From a virus: DNA of 64,000 bases. Positions 31,047 to 40,406 of the stretch are shown here, in pieces; the stretch's first letter is position 1; the number at the start of each line of letters is the position of its first letter. The stretch is from positions 24,414-88,413 of IMG/VR virus record IMGVR_UViG_3300032086_003078; one strand, given 5' to 3'. Both the position numbers and the translations under genes were made by a program. A model generated the notes under the pieces. The model ran no database searches and was not told where the DNA came from. It saw only the letters and a program-made list of their open reading frames with translations.

Positions 31047-31104
31047 GCGTTATAGTTTTTTTGGTAGCTAATTAAATATACAAAGAAGCAAGGAGCTAAG
31101 CATA

Positions 31105-31527
31105 GTGTCGGATTATTTTCAATACCCTCCTGGTCTTGGTAATGTTTCTTCTTACCAAGTTTCTGGTAAGCCCTTCGCCCAAGGTAATTTGACCGCACCA
31201 GCTTCAAGTGGTACTCCAATAAAGGTAACCTTTCCTTCTGTTACAAACTGGGTTAAGGTCTTACCAGTCACTGGGTCTAGTTCTACTCATTTACGCATAG
31301 GATTCTCAGAAAATGGTGTTAAGGGCACAAATTATTTTAGATATTTGGCTGGGAATAATTTTAACCATGAACTGGCTTCTGCTGCGCCACTACAACTAAA
31401 AGTGACAGAATTATATTTTCTTGGAGATGATACAGCAACAGTCAATTTTGATGTCGTTGCTGGTCTTACGGGCATAAATGTCGATCAGATTTCGAATAAT
31501 TGGTCTGGCTCAGTTGGCGTGGGCTAA
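31105..31527 (+). CDS. Putative virion decoration/structural protein
   Basis: Gly/Ser/Thr-rich beta protein; AAGGAG RBS; late-like motif GCTAATTA at 31067. Confidence 0.55.
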   Translation: MSDYFQYPPGLGNVSSYQVSGKPFAQGNLTAPASSGTPIKVTFPSVTNWVKVLPVTGSSSTHLRIGFSENGVKGTNYFRYLAGNNFNHELASAAPLQLKVTELYFLGDDTATVNFDVVAGLTGINVDQISNNWSGSVGVG

Positions 31528-31584
31528 AAAACTTTACTTTTCTCAGAACTAGTCTATAATAAACATATAGAAGAGGAGAGATAA

Positions 31585-31797
31585 ATGAAAGTCGGAGATC
31601 TTGTCAACTTCACAGACCGCAGCCACAGCCTTTATCGCAAGTATTCCAAAGGTCCAGGTGTCATCGTAGACATTGATTATATTGCCAAATACAACCGAAT
31701 GTCCCGCCACAAATATCTTGGAGCAAAGGTCACAGTCCAGTTCCCAGGGCTAGACAAACCATCAGTCGTTACAGAATATTCACTACAAGCAATCTAA
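31585..31797 (+). CDS. Small SH3/KOW-like protein
   Basis: MKVGDLV...GVIV...VTVQF. Confidence 0.7.
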   Translation: MKVGDLVNFTDRSHSLYRKYSKGPGVIVDIDYIAKYNRMSRHKYLGAKVTVQFPGLDKPSVVTEYSLQAI

Positions 31798-31810
31798 AGA
31801 AAGGTTTTAG

Positions 31811-34800
31811 ATGACTAACCGAATTGAAAGCAAAATCCCTTTTGTGGGATTACACGCCCACTCAGGGCTTTCTCCGTTTGACGGACTAGGAATGCCTGGC
31901 GAGCATATGGACTTCGCCTATGAAAACGGAATGAATGCCCACGCTCTCACAGACCACGGGCATATGAACGGACTGTCGTTTCAGGTCGAACATTTGAAGA
32001 AAATGCGAGCAGACGGCAAAGAGTTCCGAGCCTTGTATGGCTGTGAATCCTACTTCATCCGCTCACACAAGAAGTGGCGGCAGATGTACGAGGAGCACAA
32101 GGCTAATCAAAAGCGCCAAAAGAAAGAAGAGTTTGGCATGGTCATCGAGGACGAGGATCGAGGCAAGAAGCGTAATCCGCTCAACAACCGCCGCCACCTC
32201 GTGATGATCGCCCAAAATCAGACAGGTCTAAACAACTTGTTCCAACTGGTATCGGATAGCTATCAGCCTGAGAACTTTTACCGCTACCCTCGTATGGACT
32301 TTGAGATGCTGGATAAGTATAACGAGGGGCTAATCATCAGCAGCGCCTGTATGTCAGGTCCATTGTTCGAAGACTTTTGGAAGAATAGAGACAAGAGCCC
32401 TGACCACGTGCTTGCAGCGATGCGGGACACGATCGCCCAGTTCAAGGAGATCTTCGGAGACAGGTTTTACGGGGAAGTCCAGTGGAATGATATTAAGGAG
32501 CAGCACGAGGGTAACAACCTCATTATCCAAGCCTGCATGGAAATGGGTGTTGAGGTTATCAGCACGGCGGACAGCCACTACCCACGACCTGACTTGTGGA
32601 AAGACCGAGAGATGTATAAGCGCATCGGCTGGGGCGGCAAGATCCCAGAGTGGGCGGACCCTGATAGTCTTCTGCCAGCATCGGTTGACGAGGTGGGCTA
32701 CGAGTTGTACCCGAAGAATGGCGACCAAATGTGGGAGTCTTACAAAAAGTATTCGGGCAAGCACAACATCGAGTATGACGATACTTTTATCCGTGATAGT
32801 ATTGAGCGCACACATCACATCGCCTTTGATCGCTGTGAAGACTTCCTGCCCGATAGCACTGTCCGACTCCCAGAGTTTGTTGTGCCCGAGGGCAAGACAG
32901 CCATCCAGGCCTTGACTTCTGACGCTCTCAAGGGGATGAAAAGTAAGAATCTTACGAGCCCTGAGTATGTTGATCGCCTGAAATATGAACTCAATATTAT
33001 CAACGAGCGTGGCTTCGCTCAATACTTCTTGACGATGAAAGCCATCTCAGACAAAGCCCAAGAGGAAATGCTGGTCGGACTAGGACGAGGCTCAGCCGCT
33101 GGTTCACTCTTATCTTATGTGCTAGATATCACACAAGTGGACCCTATCAAATATCAGTTGCAGTTTGAGAGGTTCCTAACCAAGGGCGGCAGCGGCTACC
33201 CTGATATCGACTTTGACGTTGAAGAGCCAATGCTTTTGAAGGAGCAACTGGCAGAAGAGTGGGGACCGACTACAGTTGTACCGATCAGCAACTTCAACAC
33301 GCTCCAACTTCGATCGCTCATCAAGGACATCGGTAAGTTTTATGGTATTCCGTTCACCGAAGTCAACAAGGTGACTAGCGTGATGATGAGCGAAGCCACT
33401 CCAAAAGCCAAGGCAGCCAGGGGGCAAACTGCTGGCGTCTACACTCCAACATTTGACGAGGTAAAAGAATATAGTGAAACACTCCAAGACTTCTTTGACA
33501 AGTACCCAGAGGTTGCTACTCACGTTGATAACCTCTTCGGCAATATGCGGAGTATTTCTCGGCACGCTGGTGGGGTTGTGGTGGCAGAAAACCTTGACCG
33601 CCATATGCCCCTAATCAACTCTGGCGGTGTCATCCAAACGCCGTGGAGTGAAGGGCAAAACGTCAGGCACCTGGAGCCGCTCGGCTTTATTAAGTTTGAC
33701 CTGCTTGGCTTGTCAACTCTCCGTATGATTTCGGGAGCCATTCGTCACATCCTCAAGCGTCACCAAGGCATTGAGGAGCCAACCTTCGAGCAGGTGAGAG
33801 ATTATTATAATATTCACCTCCACCCAGACGTGATCGATTTTGATAATCAAGAAGTCTGGCGTGAGGTATTCCACAAAGGTAAGTGGGCTGGCATCTTCCA
33901 GATGACTAACGGCGGAGCCCAGCGGTTCTGCCAAGAAGCCCAGCCAACTTCACTTTTGGACTTCGCAGCAGTCACCGCTATTTTCCGCCCCGGACCACTT
34001 AGCGCCAAGGCTCACAGTCTGTATGTTGCGAACAAGTCTAACCCTAGCCAAGTACACTACGAGCACCCAATCATCAAAGAAGTGCTCGGAGATACATACG
34101 GCTTGCTGGTCTTCCAGGAGCAGTTGGCTATGCTCGCTCACAAGTTGGGCGACAACATCTCGCTGGATGAGGGCAACCTTCTCCGCAAAGTCTTGACGAA
34201 AAAGGGAACAGGCAAAGATAAAGTCAAAGACAAATTATATAAAAAGTTTGTCAAGGGCTGTAACAACCACGGACTAAGTGAAGATGTTGCCAAGAATCTC
34301 TGGTCCAAGATGGAGTTTTTCTCAGGCTACGGCTTTAACCTGTCTCACGCTGTCTCCTACGGTGCCGTGTCCTTCCAGTGCGCTTGGTTGAGCTACTACT
34401 ATCCAGTTGAATGGATGGCTGCCTTCCTCGATAAGGAGCCAGAAGACAAGAAAGCAGGAGCGATCAACACTGCCAAGTCCTTTGGTTTTGAGATTGTCCC
34501 GCCAAGCATTAACAAGTCAGGACGAGTCTGGGAAATTGCTGAAGATGGCAAGACTCTGATTCAACCTCTTGCTGGTATCAAAGGTCTTGGCGATAGTGCT
34601 ATCGATCAAATCGTTACTAACCGACCCTTCAGCAGTATTGAAGAGTTCTTATTCAACGAGAACATCACATACTCCAAGCTAAATAAGAAGGCGCTAGATG
34701 TTCTGGTTAGGAGCAAAGCCCTTGATGAATTGATGGATGATAGGTTCACGGGACTAAAGCATTTCTGGTCTGCCGTCGCAGTTGACCGCCCACGCAAGGA

Positions 34801-35221
34801 AAAGAACCTAGTGGAAAATATTGAGTTGTATGCGCCAGAGGGAGACTTCTCCGAAGAAGAGAAGTTGGAACACTTCGCTTCGCTCACAGGCATTTTCCCA
34901 ATCCACGAGATTATGCCGCAGGAAATCCAAGACAACCTAATGAACCGAGGTTGCCCTCCTATCAGCGAGTATGACCCCGACCTACAACTGGTCTGGTTCA
35001 TTCCAAGGGAAGTAAAAGTAAAGAAGACCAAGAACGGCAAGGAATACTGGATTATCCACACCACCGACAGCAATGCCCACGATGCTCGCATCCGTTGTTG
35101 GGGAGTGAAAGAAAACGATAGGATCTCCCTTAACAAAGTGTATGTTGCTAACTTAGAATATAACGAGAAGTGGGGGTTCAGCACCCGCTCGATCAAAAAG
35201 TCATTTAGGAGGCTCACATGA
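31811..35221 (+). CDS. dnaE: DNA polymerase III alpha subunit (family C) with PHP domain
   Basis: LHAHS, TDHG, DSHY (PHP); GRGSAAGSL, FERFL, PDIDFD, HAGGVV, KFDLLGL, FQEQ, YGFN.SHA. Confidence 0.96.
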   Translation: MTNRIESKIPFVGLHAHSGLSPFDGLGMPGEHMDFAYENGMNAHALTDHGHMNGLSFQVEHLKKMRADGKEFRALYGCESYFIRSHKKWRQMYEEHKANQKRQKKEEFGMVIEDEDRGKKRNPLNNRRHLVMIAQNQTGLNNLFQLVSDSYQPENFYRYPRMDFEMLDKYNEGLIISSACMSGPLFEDFWKNRDKSPDHVLAAMRDTIAQFKEIFGDRFYGEVQWNDIKEQHEGNNLIIQACMEMGVEVISTADSHYPRPDLWKDREMYKRIGWGGKIPEWADPDSLLPASVDEVGYELYPKNGDQMWESYKKYSGKHNIEYDDTFIRDSIERTHHIAFDRCEDFLPDSTVRLPEFVVPEGKTAIQALTSDALKGMKSKNLTSPEYVDRLKYELNIINERGFAQYFLTMKAISDKAQEEMLVGLGRGSAAGSLLSYVLDITQVDPIKYQLQFERFLTKGGSGYPDIDFDVEEPMLLKEQLAEEWGPTTVVPISNFNTLQLRSLIKDIGKFYGIPFTEVNKVTSVMMSEATPKAKAARGQTAGVYTPTFDEVKEYSETLQDFFDKYPEVATHVDNLFGNMRSISRHAGGVVVAENLDRHMPLINSGGVIQTPWSEGQNVRHLEPLGFIKFDLLGLSTLRMISGAIRHILKRHQGIEEPTFEQVRDYYNIHLHPDVIDFDNQEVWREVFHKGKWAGIFQMTNGGAQRFCQEAQPTSLLDFAAVTAIFRPGPLSAKAHSLYVANKSNPSQVHYEHPIIKEVLGDTYGLLVFQEQLAMLAHKLGDNISLDEGNLLRKVLTKKGTGKDKVKDKLYKKFVKGCNNHGLSEDVAKNLWSKMEFFSGYGFNLSHAVSYGAVSFQCAWLSYYYPVEWMAAFLDKEPEDKKAGAINTAKSFGFEIVPPSINKSGRVWEIAEDGKTLIQPLAGIKGLGDSAIDQIVTNRPFSSIEEFLFNENITYSKLNKKALDVLVRSKALDELMDDRFTGLKHFWSAVAVDRPRKEKNLVENIELYAPEGDFSEEEKLEHFASLTGIFPIHEIMPQEIQDNLMNRGCPPISEYDPDLQLVWFIPREVKVKKTKNGKEYWIIHTTDSNAHDARIRCWGVKENDRISLNKVYVANLEYNEKWGFSTRSIKKSFRRLT

Positions 35222-35439
35222 GCAAAAAACTATTTCAAGCCGCTTTGTCGAAATACGAAGCACAACGTGACGAGGCACTAGCTGTTCTTGATGTTTATCT
35301 AAAGAGTTCAGTTGGGATCGGAGAACACTCGAATCTTCTAGAAGAAGTCACTAAATGGACGGAGACTTTGACGGAAGCAGAAGAAAATATTGAAACTATT
35401 AAGCGCCACTTCAGCGCCGGAGGAAAAAACAATGGCTAA
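35218..35439 (+). CDS. Small phage protein
   Basis: ATGA-coupled to dnaE; VGIGEH motif. Confidence 0.75.
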   Translation: MSKKLFQAALSKYEAQRDEALAVLDVYLKSSVGIGEHSNLLEEVTKWTETLTEAEENIETIKRHFSAGGKNNG

Positions 35440-36010
35440 TCATGTGACTTTCAGAGCTAATTTTGAACAAATCAACGAAGCAGCCCTAGAGAAGCTTCAA
35501 GAGCTATACAGCCGCTTCCAAGATAACGATTGTAATTTTGGAGATATGTTTGTAGATGGCGGAGAAGATTCACCAACTTATGAAGAAACAAATAGTCGCA
35601 GTTGGTATATTGAAAATGTTGGAGCAAAGTGGTGCTACCTTGAGGAACATGATGAAGAAGGTATCTTTGGAACAAGTGCCTGGGATGCTCCAGAGTTAGG
35701 ACTATGCTGGCTAGCCGAACAACTGGGAGACCTTGACCCAGAACTCTTAATGAATGTTTCCTATGAAGATGAAGGTCCAAACTTTGTCGGCTGGATGGTG
35801 TTCAGTGGTCCTGATCTATGGAGCGGCGGCATTGCGGAAACAGAAGATGAGGTTAGGGATATTGTCAGCCGATATTCCCCCGACACCAACCTTGATAATG
35901 AAGATGAATATTACGATGCCCTTTGGGAATCTATTGACGACTGGCAGCGAGATAACTTTAGGCAGACAGAAAAAGAAATCATTAACTCAAGGAGTTTTGA
36001 AGTTGATTGA
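35432..36010 (+). CDS. YubB/DUF1281-like ferredoxin-fold protein
   Basis: W...NVG.KW, SAW.AP, SYEDE motifs; GGAGG RBS. Confidence 0.6.
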   Translation: MANHVTFRANFEQINEAALEKLQELYSRFQDNDCNFGDMFVDGGEDSPTYEETNSRSWYIENVGAKWCYLEEHDEEGIFGTSAWDAPELGLCWLAEQLGDLDPELLMNVSYEDEGPNFVGWMVFSGPDLWSGGIAETEDEVRDIVSRYSPDTNLDNEDEYYDALWESIDDWQRDNFRQTEKEIINSRSFEVD

Positions 36011-36575
36011 TGGAAAAGATTTAGTAAAAGACGAAGATTGCTTTGGTTGCGGTTGCAATCTAAAGCCAGCTTGCCCAGGATACTGGGACGAAAAAAAGGA
36101 AGAAAATAATAATATGCGTGTAAGAGTCCAACGAGTTCACGAAAATGCTAAACTACCAAAACGAGCCCATGCAGATGATGCTGGCATGGACTTGTTTTTT
36201 TGCCCACCGCCAAAACCAGAGCTAGATTCTCAGATTGAGACTGTACTACCTTTTGGCTCCTCGGTCCTCCCAACAGGACTAAAGATTGAAGTTCCTAAGG
36301 GTTATATGCTTGAGATCAAAAACAAGTCAGGCATTGCTTCAAAGCGAGGGTTGATTGTCGGCGCTTGTGTGGTTGACAGAGGGTATACGGGAGAGATTTT
36401 TGTGAATCTTCACAACATTACCCATCGCAACCAGACCCTCCACGAGGGAGACAAAATCGCCCAGGCAGTTTTTGTAAAAGTCAGGACTGACATTGAACTG
36501 ATTGATTCAGATCACATCTACGACGAAGAGACCAGTCGAGCAGAAGGTGCTCTTGGCTCAACGGGAGACAGATAA
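36003..36575 (+). CDS. dut: Trimeric dUTPase (start 36003 TTG or 36114 ATG)
   Basis: DAGMDL, KSG, VVDRGYTGEI, IAQ, R.EGALGSTG. Confidence 0.92.
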   Translation: MIDGKDLVKDEDCFGCGCNLKPACPGYWDEKKEENNNMRVRVQRVHENAKLPKRAHADDAGMDLFFCPPPKPELDSQIETVLPFGSSVLPTGLKIEVPKGYMLEIKNKSGIASKRGLIVGACVVDRGYTGEIFVNLHNITHRNQTLHEGDKIAQAVFVKVRTDIELIDSDHIYDEETSRAEGALGSTGDR

Positions 36576-36580
36576 AAAAA

Positions 36581-36608
36581 TTGACCTCTTTGTAACTTGT
36601 GATAATAT
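36581..36608 (+). promoter_or_regulatory. Sigma70-type early promoter
   Basis: TTGACC-N16-TAATAT with TG extension, followed by AAGGAGAGAG RBS. Confidence 0.75.
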
Positions 36609-36627
36609 AAGATAGAAGGAGAGAGTT

Positions 36628-36855
36628 ATGGAAGTCGGTAAAAAAGTAAGGCTTACAGGCATCACACGCCATGGCAAGAATCGTGTTCGAGAACAGGGAG
36701 ATGTTTGGGAAGTCATTCGCATGAACCCATCAGTATCTTTCAAAACAAATGCTCCTGGACCTTTTATGTTGCTCCAGGCAACCACCACTATCAATATGCG
36801 GTGGGTCTCAACAATTAATGACGACAACTTCTCAGTAGAGGTGATTGATGAGTAA
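36628..36855 (+). CDS. Small SH3-like protein
   Basis: MEVGKKVRL; ends VEVIDE. Confidence 0.7.
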   Translation: MEVGKKVRLTGITRHGKNRVREQGDVWEVIRMNPSVSFKTNAPGPFMLLQATTTINMRWVSTINDDNFSVEVIDE

Positions 36856-37060
36856 AAACGAATGGCGTAAAAATCTGAAGGTCGGCGACCTCGTGAAGAT
36901 GAAGTCAGGACATCTTGCGATTCTGACCGAGGTATATATGCGCCAAACTGGACCTAACGGCAGCGATTATCCGCACGTCAAAATACTATATTGTGATGAT
37001 CAGTCCGCCGGCGGGTGTAGTGCTTGGCGAGTTGCGGAGGTTCTCAATGAAGCCAGGTGA
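36848..37060 (+). CDS. Small SH3/KOW-like protein
   Basis: LKVGDLVKM...LAIL...EVLNE. Confidence 0.7.
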   Translation: MSKNEWRKNLKVGDLVKMKSGHLAILTEVYMRQTGPNGSDYPHVKILYCDDQSAGGCSAWRVAEVLNEAR

Positions 37061-37241
37061 TCTAGTACGAATCTCAGACTGGGACACCAAACTCAACCGA
37101 GGCTGGAATCCCATCGGGCTTGTTTTATCAGAGCCCGAAGTAAAGAATCACGGCACAACCTGTGTCCTTGTTGATTGGCTTGAGTCGCCAGACACTGAAT
37201 ATTACTCGGTTCACCACCTAGAAATAATTTCAAATTCATAA
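37047..37241 (+). CDS. Small SH3/KOW-like protein
   Basis: MKPGDLVRI...IGLV...LVDW...LEII; GGAGG RBS. Confidence 0.75.
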   Translation: MKPGDLVRISDWDTKLNRGWNPIGLVLSEPEVKNHGTTCVLVDWLESPDTEYYSVHHLEIISNS

Positions 37242-37246
37242 GAAAA

Positions 37247-37274
37247 TTTACAAAAGAAAACTTTGTGGTACAAT
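37247..37274 (+). promoter_or_regulatory. Sigma70-type promoter of R-M cassette
   Basis: TTTACA-N16(ending TGG)-TACAAT. Confidence 0.65.
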
Positions 37275-37296
37275 AAACCAGCGTTAGGAGAACGTA

Positions 37297-37902
37297 ATGG
37301 AAATGATGTTTGAAGTCGCATCTCGAATCACTAATGAAATTAGCAAGAAAAGAATCAAAGCAAACATCTGGGAAGGGTCTCGGTTTGAGGTTCTAAAAGA
37401 TTATACTTGTGATGAGATTGGAGAGTGGGGTGAGAGTTTAGTCTATGACGTAATGAACTCTGATCCTGAGGTGACAGTCACTCATGGCGGCAATACCATT
37501 CTTGAAGACGGTCATTATGATTTTTACATGACAGGTCCGTTTGGAAATCTTCGTGTAGAGCAAAAAACTGCCCGTCTCAACTCTGGACCAGGCGGCACTT
37601 TTCAGCACGAGAGTTTGCGCCTTGACGGAACTTGTGAATCTTTTATTTTCCTTGATGTGTGTCCGAACGAAATGTTCTTGACTGTGATTGCTTCTAATTC
37701 CATCAAGCACGGCGAGCGCCACTCGATCCTGAAGAGGACACCTCACCAGCGTGCGGAGAGTAAAAAATATAAGTTTGATCTTAGCCGTAAGATCTGTGAG
37801 AGCCGAGGCATTCCTGCTGGTATCACAATGCGTATTGATATCAATACTACACCAACAGAGGTACGAAACTTTATTAAGGAGAGACTAAGTGCAGTTTCCT
37901 AG
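37297..37902 (+). CDS. Putative restriction endonuclease (PD-(D/E)xK fold)
   Basis: GEWGE helix, YD...VEQKTA; overlaps a methyltransferase gene. Confidence 0.6.
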   Translation: MEMMFEVASRITNEISKKRIKANIWEGSRFEVLKDYTCDEIGEWGESLVYDVMNSDPEVTVTHGGNTILEDGHYDFYMTGPFGNLRVEQKTARLNSGPGGTFQHESLRLDGTCESFIFLDVCPNEMFLTVIASNSIKHGERHSILKRTPHQRAESKKYKFDLSRKICESRGIPAGITMRIDINTTPTEVRNFIKERLSAVS

Positions 37903-38953
37903 CATGGAATCACAAGAAGAACTGCTTGATCTTCTAGAGGATGTTATCGATGCTACAAGCATTAAAGAAGTGGCATCGATGTTTAACGTTGTTCCCAACA
38001 CAGTAGAGAGGTGGTTTCTGCTTGGAGAAATACCACGGCAATACTATTTTGATTTAGCACAAATGACTGGCTTTGAAATAGACTATTCAAAACACAGCTT
38101 CAGAGATAAAGATCAGTTTTTTACCCCATCCGAAACTGCTACTTATTGTTATAATGTTTTGTGCCGTAAATTAGAAGAGCTTGGAGTTGACGAGACGAAA
38201 GTAAATTACGTAGAGCCATCGGCAGGCTCTGGTAACTTCTTGAATGTTTTGCCACCAGATCGCCGCACTGGGCTAGATATCGAACCTAGATCACCAGAGA
38301 TTATTGAAGGCGATTATTTGTCATGGAAACCAGAAACTGATAATAATATTGTTATTGGAAACCCACCTTTTGGTCTTCGAGGGCATTTAGCTCTCCGCTT
38401 TATGAATCACTCAAGTAAATTTGCTGACTTTGTTGCTTTTATTTTGCCGCAATTATTTGAGAGCGATGGGAAAGGTTCACCCAAGAAAAGAGTCCAGGGG
38501 TACAACCTTATCCACTCAGAGAAGTTAGACACTTCTTTTGTCGATCCTGAGGGAAAGACTATCCCAGTGAATACAGTATTCCAGATTTGGTCGAAAGAGT
38601 TTTCAGACCCTTCATATGTTGTCGATACTTCGTCTTGTGACAAGCATTTAAAAGTCTATTCTTTGTCTGATGGCGGCACTCCTGGGACTACAAGAAACAA
38701 GCCACTATTAGATAAGTGTGATGTGTACCTTCCATCTACATGTTTCGGCGAAGATAAGATGAAAGTTTATAAAAGCTTCGAAGATCTACCAGGAAGAAAA
38801 GGATACGGTGTGGTATTTCTATCGAAGAAGAATGAAAATAAAAAAGTATTTGAGAATATTAACTGGGCGCAGCAAAGTTTTAAGTCTACAAATTCCGCTT
38901 TCAACCTTAGAACTTCAATTATAAAAAAAGCATTTATTGACAATAAAAGTTGA
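37889..38953 (+). CDS. Amino (N6-adenine) DNA methyltransferase with N-terminal HTH
   Basis: DQFFTP, motif I VEPSAGSGNF, motif IV GNPPFG; N-terminal IKEVASMFNV..NTVERW. Confidence 0.9.
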   Translation: MQFPSMESQEELLDLLEDVIDATSIKEVASMFNVVPNTVERWFLLGEIPRQYYFDLAQMTGFEIDYSKHSFRDKDQFFTPSETATYCYNVLCRKLEELGVDETKVNYVEPSAGSGNFLNVLPPDRRTGLDIEPRSPEIIEGDYLSWKPETDNNIVIGNPPFGLRGHLALRFMNHSSKFADFVAFILPQLFESDGKGSPKKRVQGYNLIHSEKLDTSFVDPEGKTIPVNTVFQIWSKEFSDPSYVVDTSSCDKHLKVYSLSDGGTPGTTRNKPLLDKCDVYLPSTCFGEDKMKVYKSFEDLPGRKGYGVVFLSKKNENKKVFENINWAQQSFKSTNSAFNLRTSIIKKAFIDNKS

Positions 38954-38977
38954 CAGACTCCTCTTCCGTGGTAATAT
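38950..38977 (+). promoter_or_regulatory. Sigma70-type early promoter
   Basis: TTGACA-N16-TAATAT, then ATGTAAGGAGAGAG. Confidence 0.8.
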
Positions 38978-38994
38978 ACTAATGTAAGGAGAGA

Positions 38995-39192
38995 GTGATG
39001 AGCGACTTCAATATGTTTCACGGCGAGCGTGTCAAGTACGCAGGGTACCATCCCCTTTACCGTGGCTGCAAGGGTGTCGTTGTCGGCGGCGACCACCACA
39101 ACATTCGTGTGGAGTGGGAAGGTCATGAAGACTATCCCCCCCGTCTTCACGAGGCGTGGGAAATTGTTTGGCTCGTAGATAGCGGAGAGTAG
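38995..39192 (+). CDS. Small SH3-like protein
   Basis: GERVKY...KGVVV...RVEW. Confidence 0.7.
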   Translation: MMSDFNMFHGERVKYAGYHPLYRGCKGVVVGGDHHNIRVEWEGHEDYPPRLHEAWEIVWLVDSGE

Positions 39193-39194
39193 TT

Positions 39195-39362
39195 ATGAAG
39201 ATGAAAGAAGGCGATCTGGTTCGACACCTTGAGAATGGTCAAGCGGGAGTTATTGTTCTCTCTTGGGGCGTGATGGATGTCGTAGAGGTTCTTTGGAATG
39301 ATGGTGAAGTCAGGGGACAGAACCTCTGCGAATTGGAGTTGATCAATGCAGCAAATAAATAG
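39195..39362 (+). CDS. Small SH3/KOW-like protein (not in ORF track)
   Basis: Manual translation MKMKEGDLVRHLENGQAGVIV...VEVLWNDG...LELINAANK. Confidence 0.75.
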   Translation: MKMKEGDLVRHLENGQAGVIVLSWGVMDVVEVLWNDGEVRGQNLCELELINAANK

Positions 39363-39528
39363 GTTCGGTGTCGGTGCCCTAGTCAATGTTGATAAGCATT
39401 ACAACAAAACTTTGGGTATGATTGTCCGCCAAAGCCGTGGGTACAACTGGATTGTCAAACGTATGAACGACGGTCAAAATGTCCTAGCTCACGAAGACAA
39501 TATGGAGGTGGTCAGTGAAGCCAGGTGA
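39346..39528 (+). CDS. Small SH3-like protein
   Basis: FGVGALV...LGMIV...MEVVSE. Confidence 0.7.
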   Translation: MQQINRFGVGALVNVDKHYNKTLGMIVRQSRGYNWIVKRMNDGQNVLAHEDNMEVVSEAR

Positions 39529-39676
39529 TTTGGTTCGGCACCGAGGGAACAAAAAAGTATACCTCATACTTAAAACCCGTAAGATCAAAGGCGAGGTTAT
39601 CTATGTTCACCTAGAGGGTATGCCCGACAACAATGTTCATTATCCAGAATCTCTAGAACTAATACAAAAAGCTTGA
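39515..39676 (+). CDS. Small SH3/KOW-like protein (not in ORF track)
   Basis: GTG start after GGAGG; MKPGDLVRHRGNKKVYLIL...LELIQKA. Confidence 0.75.
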   Translation: MKPGDLVRHRGNKKVYLILKTRKIKGEVIYVHLEGMPDNNVHYPESLELIQKA

Positions 39677-39700
39677 CAGCAACCCTATCCGTGATAGTAT
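39673..39700 (+). promoter_or_regulatory. Sigma70-type early promoter
   Basis: TTGACA-N16-TAGTAT, then AAGATGTAAGGAGAGAG. Confidence 0.8.
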
Positions 39701-39719
39701 AAGATGTAAGGAGAGAGAA

Positions 39720-39875
39720 ATGTCGGTTCAAGAACACATCGAAAACATCCTCAATGCCGAAGGTCAAGCAGCACTTGATGCTTGGTATGTCGCCATCCAC
39801 GAACACCCTCAAAGTGCTATGGATATCCACGATGAGGTTGTTGATCACCTTGTCGCTAACACCTTCTTGTACTAA
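39720..39875 (+). CDS. Small hypothetical protein (51 aa, not in ORF track)
   Basis: Strong RBS; MSVQEHIENILNAEGQAALDAWY... Confidence 0.7.
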   Translation: MSVQEHIENILNAEGQAALDAWYVAIHEHPQSAMDIHDEVVDHLVANTFLY

Positions 39876-39885
39876 GGAGAGAGCG

Positions 39886-40149
39886 ATGCTTTACGGCGAA
39901 GAACTTCTCAAGTCAATTCAGAACCGCTGCCGCATCCAGCCTGGTATGCTGATTCGCAGCCGACCAGAAGGCTTTGGAGAGAATGCCCCTCACGGCGGTA
40001 AGGTTGCTCTTGTCACGAAGGTGTCTCCTGGCTGTAAGTTTGATCGGGACTACGAAGGCGCAGAAGAACACATCTTCTATGTCTGCGAGCCCTTTGACGG
40101 CACAAATGAGTTCGTAGACTATGTTTGTAATATGGAGCAGGTATCGTGA
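39886..40149 (+). CDS. Small SH3-like protein
   Basis: AAGGAG RBS; IQPGMLIR...VALV...MEQVS. Confidence 0.7.
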   Translation: MLYGEELLKSIQNRCRIQPGMLIRSRPEGFGENAPHGGKVALVTKVSPGCKFDRDYEGAEEHIFYVCEPFDGTNEFVDYVCNMEQVS

Positions 40150-40406
40150 AGGTCGGGCAGATTGTAAAACTAACGCCAAAGGCTTTAGGCAAGTTCGCTC
40201 CTGGTATTCGCAAACGACTTGAAGGCTCAATTGGTCTGGTAATCAAGGAGAAGTATGACCTCTCCTACAGGATTGACCAAGACAAGCTCCCAGAGCGAGT
40301 TAAGGTTTATCCAGCTTGCGTACAGTTCAACGAATTAGAAGACATCTTGGGTTGTGAAGATAACACTATCATGCTCTTTGACAATGAAGCGGAGGTCTTA
40401 TCATGA
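40146..40406 (+). CDS. Small SH3/KOW-like protein
   Basis: MKVGQIVKL...IGLVI...EVLS. Confidence 0.75.
   Translation: MKVGQIVKLTPKALGKFAPGIRKRLEGSIGLVIKEKYDLSYRIDQDKLPERVKVYPACVQFNELEDILGCEDNTIMLFDNEAEVLS

Noticed and set aside
31021-31075. Resemblance of GGAGATGGTG to the fluoride riboswitch 5' motif
   Set aside because: The required downstream pseudoknot partner is absent, and the segment is better explained as a terminator loop.
22653-35221. Inteins or introns in RecA, helicase, RNR or DnaE
   Set aside because: Lengths are ordinary, conserved motifs are contiguous, and no splice-junction motifs were seen.
35754-36002. Long N-terminal extensions given by the ORF track (dut from 35754; also 43818, 39754, 45397)
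   Set aside because: They overlap upstream genes; better RBS-supported starts exist downstream.
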